Of a stretch of DNA of 64,000 bases, positions 1 to 14,035 are shown one piece after another; within the stretch, counting starts at the first letter, position 1, and each line of letters opens with the position of its first letter. The stretch is from contig MU062032.1 of assembly GCA_013265495.1 (NCBI GenBank), positions 62,001 through 126,000 of the forward strand. The letters run 5' to 3'. The notes beneath the pieces were generated by a model. The model searched no databases and was not told where the DNA came from. It saw only the letters and a program-made list of their open reading frames with translations. This DNA comes from Vicugna vicugna (taxonomy: Eukaryota). The position numbers and the translations under genes are program-made.

Positions 1-164
1 CCAGAGCTCTCAACAGGACTGACCAAAGCTGGGCTTCATTACAGTTCAAACTTTCTTTCTATCCAAGCCTACTTTCTTCATGCTACCCCCGTGTTTATCC
101 CGGGAGTTCCTCTCAATAAACCTTTTCCATACAAATCTCTGCTTCCCAAGAATTGACCTGCAAC
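1..164 (+). mobile_element. 3' end of ERVL-class LTR (LTR16-like), cut by the window edge
   Basis: AATAAA at 115-120 followed by ...TCTCTGCTTCCCAAGAATTGACCTGCAAC, resembling the recalled LTR16-type U5 end. Confidence 0.55.
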
Positions 165-2544
165 CTGAGTCGTGTCTCAAGCAAGATGGTTATCAGAAGA
201 GAGTAACATGTTCTTGCCTGTTACTAAAAGTTCTTTAAGAAAGGCTTCCAATAAATACCATGAGTGCTAAGCTTGCTCTTAAGTGTTACTACTACTGTGT
301 TTTCCTCCCTCCTTGTTTCTAATTCCAAGCAAAAGAGTTCTTACCATGAACAGGACAGCACAGACTTTGTTGTCCTCTTCCTATGAAGTAACTCCCTTAA
401 ACTCATGTAAACTGTACAGCTACTATGGTTGGTAGTATTTGTGAGCATTTTTTTCAGAAAATTGAAGTATGATTCTATTTCAAATCATTTTAGATTATCC
501 AGAACACAGGAGGGGAATTAATTATTCTGACTCACAGCAGTTATAAGATATACTTATACTGGTCCTTTTCCAATCCTGATGACATTTACTTAAAACCAGA
601 TTTCACATTTGTGTGAGTTTTTATTTTGGCACAAGACTAGATGTTAACTTTTGCCTTTCACACACAAATTATAAAAACATCTATTAAAAAATCTCTAAGT
701 CATTGCTTGTGAATCTCACAACTCTTTAATTTTGGCTCTTTCATGCTTTTGTTGTACCAGAGTAATAGAACATTCTTATTAAATCTAAATACTACCATGC
801 ATATGCAGCTACTGTTTGGATTATGCTGGAATATTACTAAAACTAGAAAAGTCATTTTTTGGTTTTCAGTCTCTTTGTAGAGCACAGCCTACTAATAGAT
901 GTTAGCTGAGCTGATGCCCATGGAAATTTAAGCACAAGGGCAAAATAGCAATGTGTACTGAGATATTACTTACTGAATGCCTTGGGGAGCAATGTACTCT
1001 TAGTCCAGACACAAGCTCTATCTTGGGAAAATATGGGACAAGAAAAAAGACTGATGGAATTGGCAAGTCAGAAACAACCTTCCACCTGTAGGAACTCAAG
1101 TCCTGGATAAATAAGTAGAATTTAGTGGAGATGGATAGATGAGAAAGCTAAAGAGTTAACATAGTATATATATATATATGCTTAGGGTTATTGATTCTGT
1201 TTACACTGTTCTCCATGTAGTTCAATGTAGCTGAATAAACCAATGGAAAACTACCTGCCATTGCCCATTTTTGTTTATCTGGGAGCCTCTGATATTTCCT
1301 AGCTGGTAATCTGATTATCCCAGGGCTTTCAATTTCATTTTGTGGAGTCTTTGGGTTATGTATTCTACCTTTTCCTCACGCTACTTCCCTTTTTCCAGCC
1401 ATCCCACAGTGAGAGCTCACAGCTGTGCCACTGTCCTTGACACTGCATCACTAGCCCATCACAGCCAAGCTGTAACACACAGTGATTGCCTCTCATGTAG
1501 CGTAACTGGTAATCAGATTCAGTATCAGTGAGGGGGAAATAATAGAGGGGCTCATCGTGCATGATTCTATTTCAGACAACACAGAACAAAGGGGACCTAC
1601 CTGGGCTGGTTATTGCTAGTAAAGCTCAGAGCTCTAAAACTTTCAGCACCTTATTCAGAGGCAAGAAAAGAACCAATACAAGCCCTGGGAAGCAGACAGG
1701 GGTGACAAGCATTAATAGTGCCATTATCTCAAGATAATCTTAAACTGATAAAATATTTGGCCATGGCCTAGGCTTTTATTTCCCATGGAAATATGGGTTT
1801 CAAATACCACAATCTATCACAGAATCTCAAGAGGACTGCACATTTTATAATGTATTAAATTCATGTAAACTGCCACTATGAAGACAGGAAATCTAATTTA
1901 GAGAAAAATATTCCAGCATAATAAGGAGGCTAAACTGAGGTGGCCACATTAGGGACACACTGGCTTTCCGGCTGACTATTTTCTTAATCAAAGAACATGT
2001 CAGTAGGAAGGCCACCAAAAATGATATGGGATTCAGAACTGTCAGTTATTAGATGCACATAACAGGTAAATTAATATTTGGTGATAGGCTTCTGCTGCGT
2101 GGAGCTTGACAGCTTATGCAATGCCACTTTGGCACTACAAATAAGGGGAGATCAGATTCTTTGTCATAGTCAACCAAGTATCACTATTCCCAGGCTGTCA
2201 CTAGGCTGTTTAGGAATCTGCATTGACTCTTTCAGGCCACCAAAGTCTCTTTAGAAAATATTTTTTCCAGAGATTAATCAGTTACTGTGAGAATTAGTTG
2301 AAATACCCTACTGGCCTGTAGTTTCTGTATTGTACAGTCAGGCCTCTGATTTGGAAAACAGCACATAGTCTATCTTGTCCCACACTCTCCTCTCTACCTA
2401 CCTAGAGAGTAAGAAATTGCCTTGGGTCATACTTCTCGCCAGTGGCAGAGTAGGAAGGAAAACTCATTTCTATTCCATCAAATACAATTTCCTAAAAAGA
2501 AAGAATAATTTGTGAAATACTCTGATATATACTCTCTACTTTGT

Positions 2545-2695
2545 GCACAATCGAACTGTGAGAAAGATGGTGGTATACCTCACAAGTGAGGAAACAGAGA
2601 TTCAGCAGCAAAGCAACTTGCCTAATGTCAGGCAGAGTGGGAACTGTTATCCAGTTCCACTGATTCCAAGCTCCATGTTTTTCTCACTACATTGT
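2545..2695 (-). mobile_element. MIR SINE fragment
   Basis: GTGAGGAAACAGAGATTCAG...AACTTGCCTAATGTCA resembles the MIR core (antisense). Confidence 0.6.
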
Positions 2696-2880
2696 ATACA
2701 GCTTGTATTAAAACCAAGATTGCTTGCTAATAAATGCTTCCTATAGATTAATGCATTTCCTTTATTAATCTGCTCTTTTCCAGATTAGAAAAACATGAAT
2801 ACGTCTACATTTTTTTTTCCCACAAAAATCTTAGTGCACTTTAACTCAAATTTAAACACTGGGTTAATCAAGCCATTTTG

Positions 2881-2970
2881 CTCCTCCTGTTCCTTCCTGC
2901 CTTCCTTTCTCCTCCTCCCCCATGTTCTTCTCCTCCACTCCTTCCTCCTCTACTTCCTCTTCCTTTGTCT
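2881..2970. repeat. Pyrimidine-rich low-complexity tract (CCT/CTT)
   Basis: About 90 bp that is almost entirely C/T. Confidence 0.85.
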
Positions 2971-4134
2971 TTTTATACTAGGGGAATAATACTTCCTGAA
3001 GATTAACTTATCCTTTTCATGTTTACTTCCTGTGCCATTCCTTCCGGAATGTATATCCAGTCTTCATTCTTTAGTTGCATATCATTTAATGTCTATTAAC
3101 TTCTGAAGGTTACTGAGTCTTACCGGCTGTTCTTTATACAATCATTGGGCAGACAAATGCAAATGTGGTTGTTAGTTTTACAATCACCCAGAAAAAGTGA
3201 CAATTAAAAATCAGCATTTTTATCTTTTAATATAAACGAGTGGCATTTCTTACCATAACTGTCAGAAGCCGTGCAGTACACACTATCAGATTACACCACA
3301 AAGAGGCCAGCACGCTCATATTAAGCTCTAGTTCACTGAATTCTATCAGTCATCAGTTATGAAGGGACAATTTCCCCACAACAGCCTGTTTAGAAAGTGA
3401 ACCCTTTCTTATGTAGAAGCTTTAGCTTAGACTATATTATCATCCGGGCCACCAATGATAAGATTTAATGGACACTTAAAAATTTTGCTTACATAAAATC
3501 TCCTGTAATTGTTTTTAGACAACTCAAGTGATTCAAGCGTGGTGGCATTTTTTTTTAAAAAGTGAGAGCCTCTCACGCAGTCAGAAAGTATTCCAGAAAG
3601 AAGGTGCTATGTCAGGATCTTATTTTGAACAGGACTGGGCATCTTTGAAAGGGTGCAGGAACATGGGAGCTTTACTGGTAAGACAGAGAAAGAATGTTCT
3701 GATCTCTTCCAAATTAAACTTTCAGGTGTGTTACCACCCACTTCCTCTGCCTCAGCTCCAAGTTCTAGAAGATTAACCAAAGCTCAGGCAGAGAGCTATA
3801 ATGCTGATGGAGTTTCCCGGGTTGTTGCTATTCCTAGGATCCCTGAGGAAGCATCTAACTGCAGCAGCAACAAAAGCATTCCTAAGACACACGTGTTTGT
3901 TTAAGTCTCAGCAGGTGGAACAGTGGGGGCTGTCATAAGAAGAAGGTTAAGGAATATTCTTAGGCTTGATAAGTTTGAATAAACATTAGGCAATGTCTGT
4001 GCGGTTCAGAAACAAATGCCACGTTGAAAAACAGTCTATACAAGGGTCTGACCACTGAAGTGACCAAACTGAAAATCCATTATGGTGGGGCTGCATTTAC
4101 GCAGTGTACTTACTTTATATGCTCAGCTAAAGAC

Positions 4135-4136
<2 letters not shown>

Positions 4137-4172
<36 letters not shown>
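4137..4172. repeat. (CA)18 microsatellite
   Basis: Perfect CA dinucleotide run read directly. Confidence 0.98.
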
Positions 4173-4173
<1 letters not shown>

Positions 4174-7100
4174 CACAGTATATTCAATTTTATAGTTACC
4201 TACATTTTACCTGGCATTCTACTTGATGTAGAAATACCTTCATGAGGGTGTGTCATGAGAACATAGTCCCCATAGCCCTCTCCTAATGCAAGCATCTCGC
4301 TTTTATAAGTGTGCCTCTATGATTAAAGATGTATATTCCTATTCAACTTGGTCCTTAAAAGTGCATGTAAATTATTTCCTCTGATGCCCAGACAAGGAAG
4401 TAAGAAATCTATTGTTATAATGAAAGTGAAAACTGATTGTGTTGGACTTTCTAAGAGATGGTAAAATACTAGTATTTGTGGGTGACTGAAAAGATTTTTA
4501 GGGGTAATTTTGATTTTAGAACCCAAATTCTGTCTAAGCTATCACTCCTCTCTGATGATGCTCCACTCCACATACATAACTATTACGTTCAGAAATTGGT
4601 TTTTAGAGCAGGCACAATGTAAGCATCTCACTTTTTAATGCCACTGAAAAATACTTAATTCACAGGTCACATTAGACATAGCCCATCTTTCTTTTTATGT
4701 ATAACTAAAGCAAAATAGTAAAAAAAAAAAAAATCCAAGATGTGAATTCTGTTTTCTATTTCAGCTCCTCCTGGACTGATACCTACAGAGCTCATTTGCT
4801 TGGTATTAATAGGGTCTCTCTTGAACACATACACACTGACACATGTAAACATGCACATCATATCTTAATAGTTCTGCCCCAAATGGACTTAGAAAATGTC
4901 AAAAAGTAATTAATTCAAAAGATAAGCATATACTCAAAAGAATTATTGCTGGAAAAGCCATGATTCCTACAAGAGTTATGTGCTGAAAGGTCAATCTTAT
5001 GTAGCTCCTGTGAGTCTCTTTAGCTGGTACCATAAAGTAAGTACAAACATGCAATATGGGGCCCCCTTGAAGGTAACCCGTTTCCACGTTTGTACAATTT
5101 TAGCATCAGGACCTTCACTCCAATAAGCAGGGGTCCCTGCCAGTCCAGACAGCTACAGGATTTCATGCAAACAGTGAAATGATTCATTGGAATGGCTTAA
5201 TCCATACCATAGAATGCATGCTATAAACATTTCATTGTTAACTCAAGCATAACCACATACAATAAATTAGAAAAGATATATTTATTTTTATATCATAACT
5301 GACTAAAGAATTAGAGAAAACCCTGAGGTAGTTTTGTCTAAGAGAATTATCTCAGTATGAGTTCAGTCTGGATGCCTCCTGTTTTTGCAATATCTAAGTT
5401 CTGTTCATCTTCTGCACTCACATCTCTACTGCTCCTTATCCAGCACAAGTCTGTGCTTGGGCATCAGTTATGCCTACTAGAACTATTATTGCTATTTGCA
5501 TATTTTTAACATTTATTTGTAGTCACCGAAAGTTCACTTTTTATGTCAAGCATTTATTGATTGTTTTGCTAAAGAGAGGTTTTGTTTCTTCTAAGTAAAC
5601 TCGAAGATCGAGTCCAATCCCTACTAACCCAGGAATGGCAGGCCTGCCTGCTTGACCCTGAGCCTTTTTCTCTCCAACATGGGTTTTATGCTCTTTCAGT
5701 TCCCATTGTGATATTTTTGGCCTCACTGCAGGATTGGGAAGAGATTATATTCCATCCTATGGATCAGAAGAGAAACTTCCTGATGGAACCTGAACTGTAT
5801 AACTACATAAATATCTTCCTGTCTTTGGCAGCTTGAGAGAGTACAGCTTACTCATCTCATAACTAGTGTTGTGTGAGCTGTTGTTGCATTCAAAAAAAGA
5901 GGAATGCACCTAAAGAAGCCAGAAAAAGAAAGTCATTATAAAAGTTAAGGATATTTATAAGGATAAGTTGAATATATCCTTAATCCAAGTCAAATTATCT
6001 TCGGCCTTATTACTTATAGTAATAATAAGGACACTGAAAATTTGGCCCCCAAATGACTACAACCTGTAATAAAGAAAATAATCATTAAGAAAAAGAACTC
6101 AGAAAATGAAATTTTTTCCACTCTCATCTGCTGCTACCAAGAAATCTTTGGCATTCTGGAATCTATATGAAAAATCTTAAATCTCTAAGAAATAGACTCG
6201 TAATGTTACAATTTTCTGTAGCATTTAGGTTTCAGAAATACTTCCCATTGGGCTTGTTCTGCCTACACATTTTTATCCTCTATTTCTAGGGGAAATTGAC
6301 ATTAAAGATATGCCAAAAGTCAGATTTTTAACTGGGCTTCCAGTTGCTTTTTGACACTGAATTTGTAGCAATGCCTTGAGAATGAAACTTCTACATCTGA
6401 ATTTCTCTTAAGTCTTATGGTAGAGAGGGAAAATAGAATTTTTCCGCATTAAAGGGAAAGGATGCTTGGACACAGGATGGGATGGGATCTAGCCCAGAAG
6501 TTGCATCTCGTCCAAAGTCATTTACAAATCCCTTGAGACAAAAAGGTAGAAACTCCACACCTGATACAAAAGCAAACTCTAGTGATCTCACCAGGAATTT
6601 ATTTTGTGGCCTTATGAGAACCCCACTTTTATTCCACCTTTTGAGTGAGGCAGAAAAGCAGACAGTTTTCACTGCTGCAAATCTGGCTTGACAGCACAGC
6701 TATCATTAGTTTATCAAACTGGGCAACTTCTAGGGTCACACTGAATGTTACAGGACTATCTTGTTCCAAGCTCCCATCATTTACAGGTATTCCTTTTTCT
6801 TCGAGTTAATACTATGCAGAAAAATCTGACATAAATAATAAAATACGCATATTTACATTCCTCTAGTTCTTTTAACATTTCAATGGAGCAAGATCACCAA
6901 AAGATGGTGTACAGTGTAAATTATTATTGTTAAGCAATGATTATTACAGATTTCAAAGGTTTGTGGCATTAAACAAAAAATACTTACTTTCAAAATCATC
7001 TGAGGAGCAAAACTGTTCCAAATTCCAAATATTTTTACCATGTTGAGGACAATTTTCTAAGAGGATCATTCACCTTGATTTCAATATTAACTGTCAGCAA

Positions 7101-7298
7101 TTTCACTTGCTATTCTAAGAACTAAAATCAAACTTCAATTAAGAAACCAGACCTGTGGAGATGAGAGAGTTGGGTGATAAATGTTTCCTCGTTTCTAGCA
7201 ACTATTGGATTTTCTCTTTCACTCAAAGAAATAAGAAGCAGGCAAATCTCCAAGGCTGAGCTTTTGGGGGTGAGATTTTTCTCACAACCCTACACCTA

Positions 7299-7438
7299 NN
7301 NNNNNNNNNNNNNNNNNNNNNNNNNNNNNNNNNNNNNNNNNNNNNNNNNNNNNNNNNNNNNNNNNNNNNNNNNNNNNNNNNNNNNNNNNNNNNNNNNNNN
7401 NNNNNNNNNNNNNNNNNNNNNNNNNNNNNNNNNNNNNN
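7299..7438. other. N gap (140 nt)
   Basis: Run of N. Confidence 0.99.
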
Positions 7439-7922
7439 CCTGCCAACAGAATTGAAAATGAGATGTTGCATCTCCAGGGACTTCTGAACTTCTCTGTAAA
7501 TAGTCTCTCTTGAAATGCGCAAGATAGGTATGAGCTAAGCAAAAAGGCTCATTCTAAATTAAAATGCTATTATGCTACAGATGATGTGGATGAAGGGCTT
7601 ACTGAATTGTCAGTCCCAGATTGACAGGGAAAAGCCATCATTCACATATTTTCCAAGCACATTAAGCCCCCAAAGGCATTTGGTTTCTTCAAACAACAAA
7701 AAAAGCCATTTGGGCTAGAAATAATCCACCAGAGGGACACAATAGTGACCCACTGCTAGTATCTCCATGTCAGTAAAAATAAACATAAAATTTATTTGAT
7801 CCTAAGGAGAAGGAAAACAAACTGTTTGAGATAAGGTACTTTCTTCTAGATTTCAAAACGAGAATTTTAAAAAAGTATGATGTTTCAAAATCATCACAGA
7901 TTGCTGCCTCGATTTGTTTAAA

Positions 7923-8062
7923 NNNNNNNNNNNNNNNNNNNNNNNNNNNNNNNNNNNNNNNNNNNNNNNNNNNNNNNNNNNNNNNNNNNNNNNNNNNNNN
8001 NNNNNNNNNNNNNNNNNNNNNNNNNNNNNNNNNNNNNNNNNNNNNNNNNNNNNNNNNNNNNN
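7923..8062. other. N gap (140 nt)
   Basis: Run of N. Confidence 0.99.
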
Positions 8063-8394
8063 TGGATTGTTGCCCAATATTTGCTAGCTAAGACTGCAAA
8101 GACAAGAATTATTTTCTCTTCCTTACAGAGCATTTGCAAAGGATGAGTGAACTTCCTTCAGACTCAGCAGGACTTCCTCAGTCTGGCTGTGTTTCAACTC
8201 AAAATGATTTCCTCCTCAGAAACAAGCATGTGAATGCCAGTTCATCTCTCACCAGAAACAAGAATAGAGATGTATGTCTCATGGCTAAAGACTCAAATCA
8301 GGAAAATGTCTAGAGAGCAGCTGCGAGTGGGTCCAGTTCCTTTAATGAAATCACTATAAACTAAAATAAACAGAGGAAAGCAGACCACACACTG

Positions 8395-8497
8395 AGCCAA
8401 GAATCAGAAGTGTTGGTCTAACACTGCCGCTAACAAGCTCTGTGACTTTGAGCAAATCACGTAAGTTCTCTGGGCTTCATTGTCTGCCTGTGTAAAA
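8395..8497 (+). mobile_element. MIR SINE fragment
   Basis: GCTCTGTGACTTTGAGCAAATCACGTAAGTTCTCTGGGCTTC resembles the MIR core. Confidence 0.6.
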
Positions 8498-9237
8498 GAA
8501 AGCAGTTTGACTGGCCACTCCTTGATTTGTTAAAATATATTGAATGCTTGCAGTTTTCCAGCTCCTGTAACAACCACTGGGATTTCTACTGGAGAACCAC
8601 CTCACAGAGTCTGCATCCTGGTGCACTGACGCTGGCTTTTTGGCTCTCTTTTTTTTAATATACATTGACACCATCCTGGTTGATTACTCTCAAAACTGTG
8701 AAGAGAAGATTGCCACAAGTCAGCATAAACTGCTCCTTTTAATCTTTCAAAACTGGGGCCGACCTTGCTTAATTAAATCAAAAGGTACATGTAAATAATT
8801 AATGAATTTACAAGGATCAGCCTATTTCCAGTGTCTGGGGCTTTTACTAGATAACGATTCTATATCATCTTAAACATGGTATTTCATAAAAACTTCTAGT
8901 ATTGGAGATGGGCTGACCAGTGATCATTTTAGAGATATTAGCAACACTTACCTGCAGAGAGTATGTACTCTGAATTTTTGCTCCTTGGCTTCCCAGATAA
9001 TATTTTTCTCTACTTAGATTGCTTTCTCTTGGTAATCTTTATCCATCCTAAACCAACCTTCTCTTGTTGAGTCAGGAGGTTTACTACTTTCAACAAATAA
9101 TTTTCCAATAATATTTGCTTCCATTTTGAAAAGTGAACAGCTATGTATTGAGCAACTATATTTGACCGACACTAGATTTTTATATACGTTTTTTCTGTCC
9201 TTAGATTTCTATAGCCCAAATGTCATTTCTCATCTCT

Positions 9238-9352
9238 AGTTCATTCATTTAACACATATTTTTTGACCATTTACCATGCATGTGGATTTATTCTACGTAC
9301 CGGAAACACAGTGGAGAGCAAAACAGTCACTGCCTTCATGGAAGTTCCTAGA
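9238..9352 (-). mobile_element. L2 3' end fragment
   Basis: TTCATTCATTTAACACATATTTTTTGA...CTGCCTTCATGGAAGTT resembles the antisense L2 tail. Confidence 0.55.
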
Positions 9353-9660
9353 AAACGAGTTTCATTTTATTCTCTTCATTTTTTTGTTTTGTTTTGCACA
9401 TAGTAGAAAGCAAAAATTTGTTACAAAACTAGATGCTTGTGCTGAAGAGACAGAAATATAGAAACCTGGATGCAATAAGACTAACTTCAGCTTTGTTACA
9501 GGATGATTAAGAATTGTTGTGCAGCAACTCTCTTGATGATCTGATTAAAATCAAGTGCTGTTTGCATCACTGCCACTGTATCCACACTGAAAAAGCTATG
9601 GTTAACGCTAGTCCAGGAATGACTCAGAAGCAAAACGCATGCTTTTCAGTGTCCAATTCA

Positions 9661-9760
9661 CCTGCCTGCCTACCTCCCTCCCCCTCCTATCTCTCTCTCC
9701 CTCTTTTTTCCTTCCTCCCTCCATTCCTCTCTTCCTTACTTTAGTCTCTTCTTTTCTTCC
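9661..9760. repeat. Pyrimidine-rich low-complexity tract
   Basis: About 100 bp C/T tract. Confidence 0.85.
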
Positions 9761-11004
9761 CGAATCATATAAATGCTTTTCATAATAGCATTTGTTTTAA
9801 ATTTTCCATCATTTATCTTAAAAGTATTAGCATTTAAGAGATGAGCAGTAGAGAGATGTAGCATTAAATATAAAATTAAAGTATAAAATTTCAAAACCTG
9901 ATTCAGGAGTAGGGAAGTTTTACCAAGGCAAAGAGCCAATAAAACTTATACTACCTACTGGTGATCAATCGCTTGTAAAGAAAGACTGCATCATAGTTAG
10001 CAATGAAGGTCGAGAAGCGGTATGATAGTAAAAGTGTGGTCAAAATTTTACTTCTTAGCATAAGAATTTCTTGGCAAGCATTTTCTAAATTCAGCGTACA
10101 TTAACTTTTTGAAAGGTTAATTCCGGAACCTAGTAACCAAGATAGCTGAAAGCTTATTGGCCGGAAAGTTTGATAAAGACAACCGAAAGAAGGGGGAAAC
10201 AAATCTGTTTTTCTAAGGATATGCCCAACTGATCAAGCTTTCATTCCCAGCAGCACACAGATTTTCTGACTTTCAATCTGACACCCATAAATATTCCAGC
10301 TCAGCAGGTCTTTGGGTTCCCCCGTCTCTATAAATATACCATAGCTTTTGATTGTTTTATGATGGAAGTTTATTTTATTTTATTTTTGCCTGCACAGTTG
10401 GCTTTGTTTTTTTTTTCTATGCTTTATAGACCCTTGTCTTTTTATTAGTTCAGTGTTCCCTGTTGATTTTGTGTTTTATATTCCTGCTGTCACCACCAGA
10501 ACCTCACTGTAAACAAGAATGTTGTATCTCAGTGGGTTATTTTCTGTTAATGACCTGTGATACAGTATATAAATAAACCAGCGAGTCATCCACAGGTGCA
10601 GTTTATTAGAGTTATTGCACTGTGGCTTGGGTAATGTTCCTCAGTTCTTTAAAACTTTGCTGCTTTAAGAAGCAAAGGGGCCAGCTAGCTGGCAGTTTTG
10701 AAGAAAGAAAAATGAGCCTGTCACTTTGCAATGGATGGAAACCCAGTCTAATAATCATCATTTTAATTTCTCAGTGTCAACATCTAGGTTGCTATACGAC
10801 TTAAAAAATTCCACTCAGCCAAATTACCCAGATAAAGTGGTCGGGTTCTAAGAGCTGTCTTGGGCAGGAGTAGAGGGAACACACAACGGCCTCTCCCCAC
10901 GCATAAAAAATAAAACCACAGGGAAAAAGTACACACTATACTGCGCAATTAGAACAAGAGGGATTGTTTTGGGTTGCTCACAGGTGCATAATGAAGACCG
11001 ATAA

Positions 11005-11182
11005 TGATAGCTTATTAATGAATTCTCATAACCCCTGGTGAGGTAGGTATTATTAAGACTCAGGTTCACATGGGGCAATGGAGGCTAAGTAACTTGCCCA
11101 GGGCCATGTAGTGAATCAGTCCCTCTGAGGGAACCAGAGACACCAAATGAGCTCCTGCCATACCTCATGCTCTAACCACTAG
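11005..11182 (-). mobile_element. MIR SINE
   Basis: GAGGTAGGTATTATT...GGCTAAGTAACTTGCCCAGGGCCA...ATGCTCTAACCACT. Confidence 0.6.
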
Positions 11183-13454
11183 ATCATGGTCTGTCTTTGT
11201 CTTGGGATGAAATTAGCAGAAGTGAAATTGGAGCTGAAGAGTCAAAAGACAGAAGGAATATTTGGTAATGATTTCAGAAGGGAACTGAAAGGTAATAAAG
11301 GACTCTGAAGACACTAACGTGCTTCAGTGAGCAGATATGTGCTACTGGCTTTGAAATACATTAGGAACAGATTCTGTCACACATCAGAACCATTCAGGAC
11401 TTGCAGAAGACAATGGTAAGAGCAGAGGTAAAGTGGAAAGTACAGTAGAGGAGACCGAAGTTTTGGACATTCTATACTGTTACGCAGTGTACTTACAACA
11501 TAATTTAGCCCCACATCTTGTCTTGTTGGTCACGCTGTGTAGTGAATAAGGCTGTAGGCTTCTACCTTACTAGTTGTGAGCAGAACATTAGTAGATATTC
11601 CTTGATTTTTCCTGTTTTCTTATTATTCATAATAATAATAATGCTCACTTATAAATATTTATAATTATTTATCACTAGTATCAGAAAAAAAATCTCTAGT
11701 TTTTGCCAAAGGTATCCAGGATGACTCTATTCTGAACTAACCAAAGCAGCTCATGCATAACAAATCCCTAGTAATTTAAGATGTTTAACTAGTGCATGCA
11801 CAGCCATACCTGTCCCTGAAATAATGAGTTTCACTTTGATGCATCTCAATCTTCAAATTTGTTACAGTTCCTTAATCAGACAAACATACTTATTTCCCTT
11901 TGCTGTGTTTGTTCTAGAAATATTTCTGCTCAGTGTAACAGCATGATCAGTTAGCTCCACTGTTTTTATCAAGTATATGAAAAACATGCGATCTATGCCA
12001 TTGCATAAAATTGGTTTGGGGAGTTAGCATTCCAATACAACTTATTCAAATTTACTAATTCAACTGAGAGTGATCTATCAATGCATAATCTTAAAAAACA
12101 AAATACTAGCACCTAGATTTCACAATAGCCAAGTCATGGCTATCCCCAGTTACATTCTACTTCTTATTTGCTATCCCATAGTGTCATTATTTAATTCTTG
12201 GGTATCATTATTGTTCATCTAGAGAGCACCCATTACTTCAGATGCATGCAGCAGGACAATGGCACTTTTCCTTGTTGTTGGCTTAAATGAAACAGGCAGA
12301 GCTGTCAGACTGCAAAAATCATACCTGGGTTCTCTGTTCATACACCTCATCTCTCTAGCATTTCTCGTCACTACTACTTTTGGGAAATTGATGAGCCAGT
12401 ACCAAAGACCTGTACCCATAAGCACTTCTCTCTACATGGCTTGCTTATGGTGTTTATATCTTTATAGTGTCCTTATTAATTATATACTAAGACATGATTA
12501 AAATGTTGAGAGAGAGGAAAGCCACTTACAATAATGACTTCAGCCTTTCTCACTTTATGAAAGCTCTTAAATCATTATCTAATGTTAACTCTACCAACTA
12601 CTTGGTATAACACTTTTTTCCTTTTTTTCTTGGAAGAAGAAACAACTATAATACTTGTTTACAACCAGGCAAACCATATTTTTTTTTAAAAAAGGACAGG
12701 AACATCAAATACTGATTGTGATACTTCTTTAATAAGTAATATTTTAAAACTATTATAAATCATAGTGTCTGTTAGGTACATGAGTGTTTCTCAGAACTTC
12801 TATTCTGCACTGGTCTACCCAATTTATCATCTGCTTAGAATCTTACATTTTTATTATTTTATATCTAACTTCCATTTTTACTAATTTACTTTCTAACTTA
12901 CTAAATAAGAGCAGAGAAATGAAAAATCTTATTTTTTGCCTGCTTTGAGAAATGACTTCAGAGTGACACTTGAAATCAATGTTTGCAGATGCTTGATTAA
13001 ATGCATGTATGGATGTATATTAACATACATAATTTTTCTTAGTGATTTAAATGACATATAATATTTCATCAAAAATTATAACTTAATATAGAATAAACAC
13101 TATCAAAAGAGCCTCCAGAGGTTAGAATGTAAGATAATTTATGGAGGAGAGTAAATCCCTCCTCCCCCTTGCTTCCCTCAGTTGAAGCTCTGGGAACAGC
13201 AGACACTCGGAGGTACAGAGCAGAGGGGTCAGAAATCTCAGAAGAGGTTGGGAGGAAATGATCTGCCAGAGGTTAGCATAACAGTGGGCCAGGGGAAAGG
13301 ACGGGCCAAGGCTACAGACAAGCTCTTCTCCTCTGCCTCAGAGAAGTGCTGTATGATGCATATATAGCTTTCTCTTTCTGCCTCTATGTTATCTCACTGT
13401 CAATAGACCCCTTTTTCCCCTGAACTGGTGGGGACTTTTGGTATTAGAAATCAC

Positions 13455-14035
13455 AGTAGCCTAGCTTTTGAAGGAAAATTAGAGATTTACTCAAACTGTC
13501 ACCTAATGCTTGAGTCCATCACACATTACTTGATCAATAGAAATCTACCTCTACCTGAATACTTGCAGTGACTGTAAATTAACCATGTCTCAAAGTAGTT
13601 ATTCCAAATCCTGCCTCCCTGTAGCTTTCAGCCATTTTTCTAGCCTGCCTTATGGAACAGTCACCATAAACGACTCTCAGGTGTCATGCTCCAGAGTTTT
13701 GATGGCAGCCATCACTGGTGAGTTCCTCTTCTCCTGACCTGAAATGCCACATTACACCAACAGTTCTTCAAGTCAAGTGGTTATGAGACTCCCCTTATCT
13801 TCCTGGCTACTGTTTTCTTAATGCATGCTGGTTTGTCAAGATCCCAACAATAAATGTTTTCTAAGAATGGAAATAATATTCCAGATATAGTGTAATCAAT
13901 GCAGTGTGTGATAAGGATATTGATTTCTAAGGTCTAGATATACCTCCACTAATACTATTTGAATTTTCTTAAATGGTTGATCAGCTGTATCACAGAACTG
14001 GCTCATAGTAAGCTTGAAGTCAGTTAAAAATTTCA
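13455..14035 (-). mobile_element. L3/CR1 LINE fragment
   Basis: AATATTCCAGATATAGTGTAATCAATGCAG...CACAGAACTGGCTCATAGTAAGCTTG resembles the antisense CR1/L3 3' region; highly diverged. Confidence 0.5.

Noticed and set aside
3528-3904. Overlapping 82-83 aa ORFs in unique DNA
   Set aside because: No recognisable homology, no convincing splice sites and no strong start context.
7727-7740. CTCF-like CCACCAGAGGGACA
   Set aside because: It lacks the highly conserved C of the GGC core; not supportable without PWM or ChIP data.
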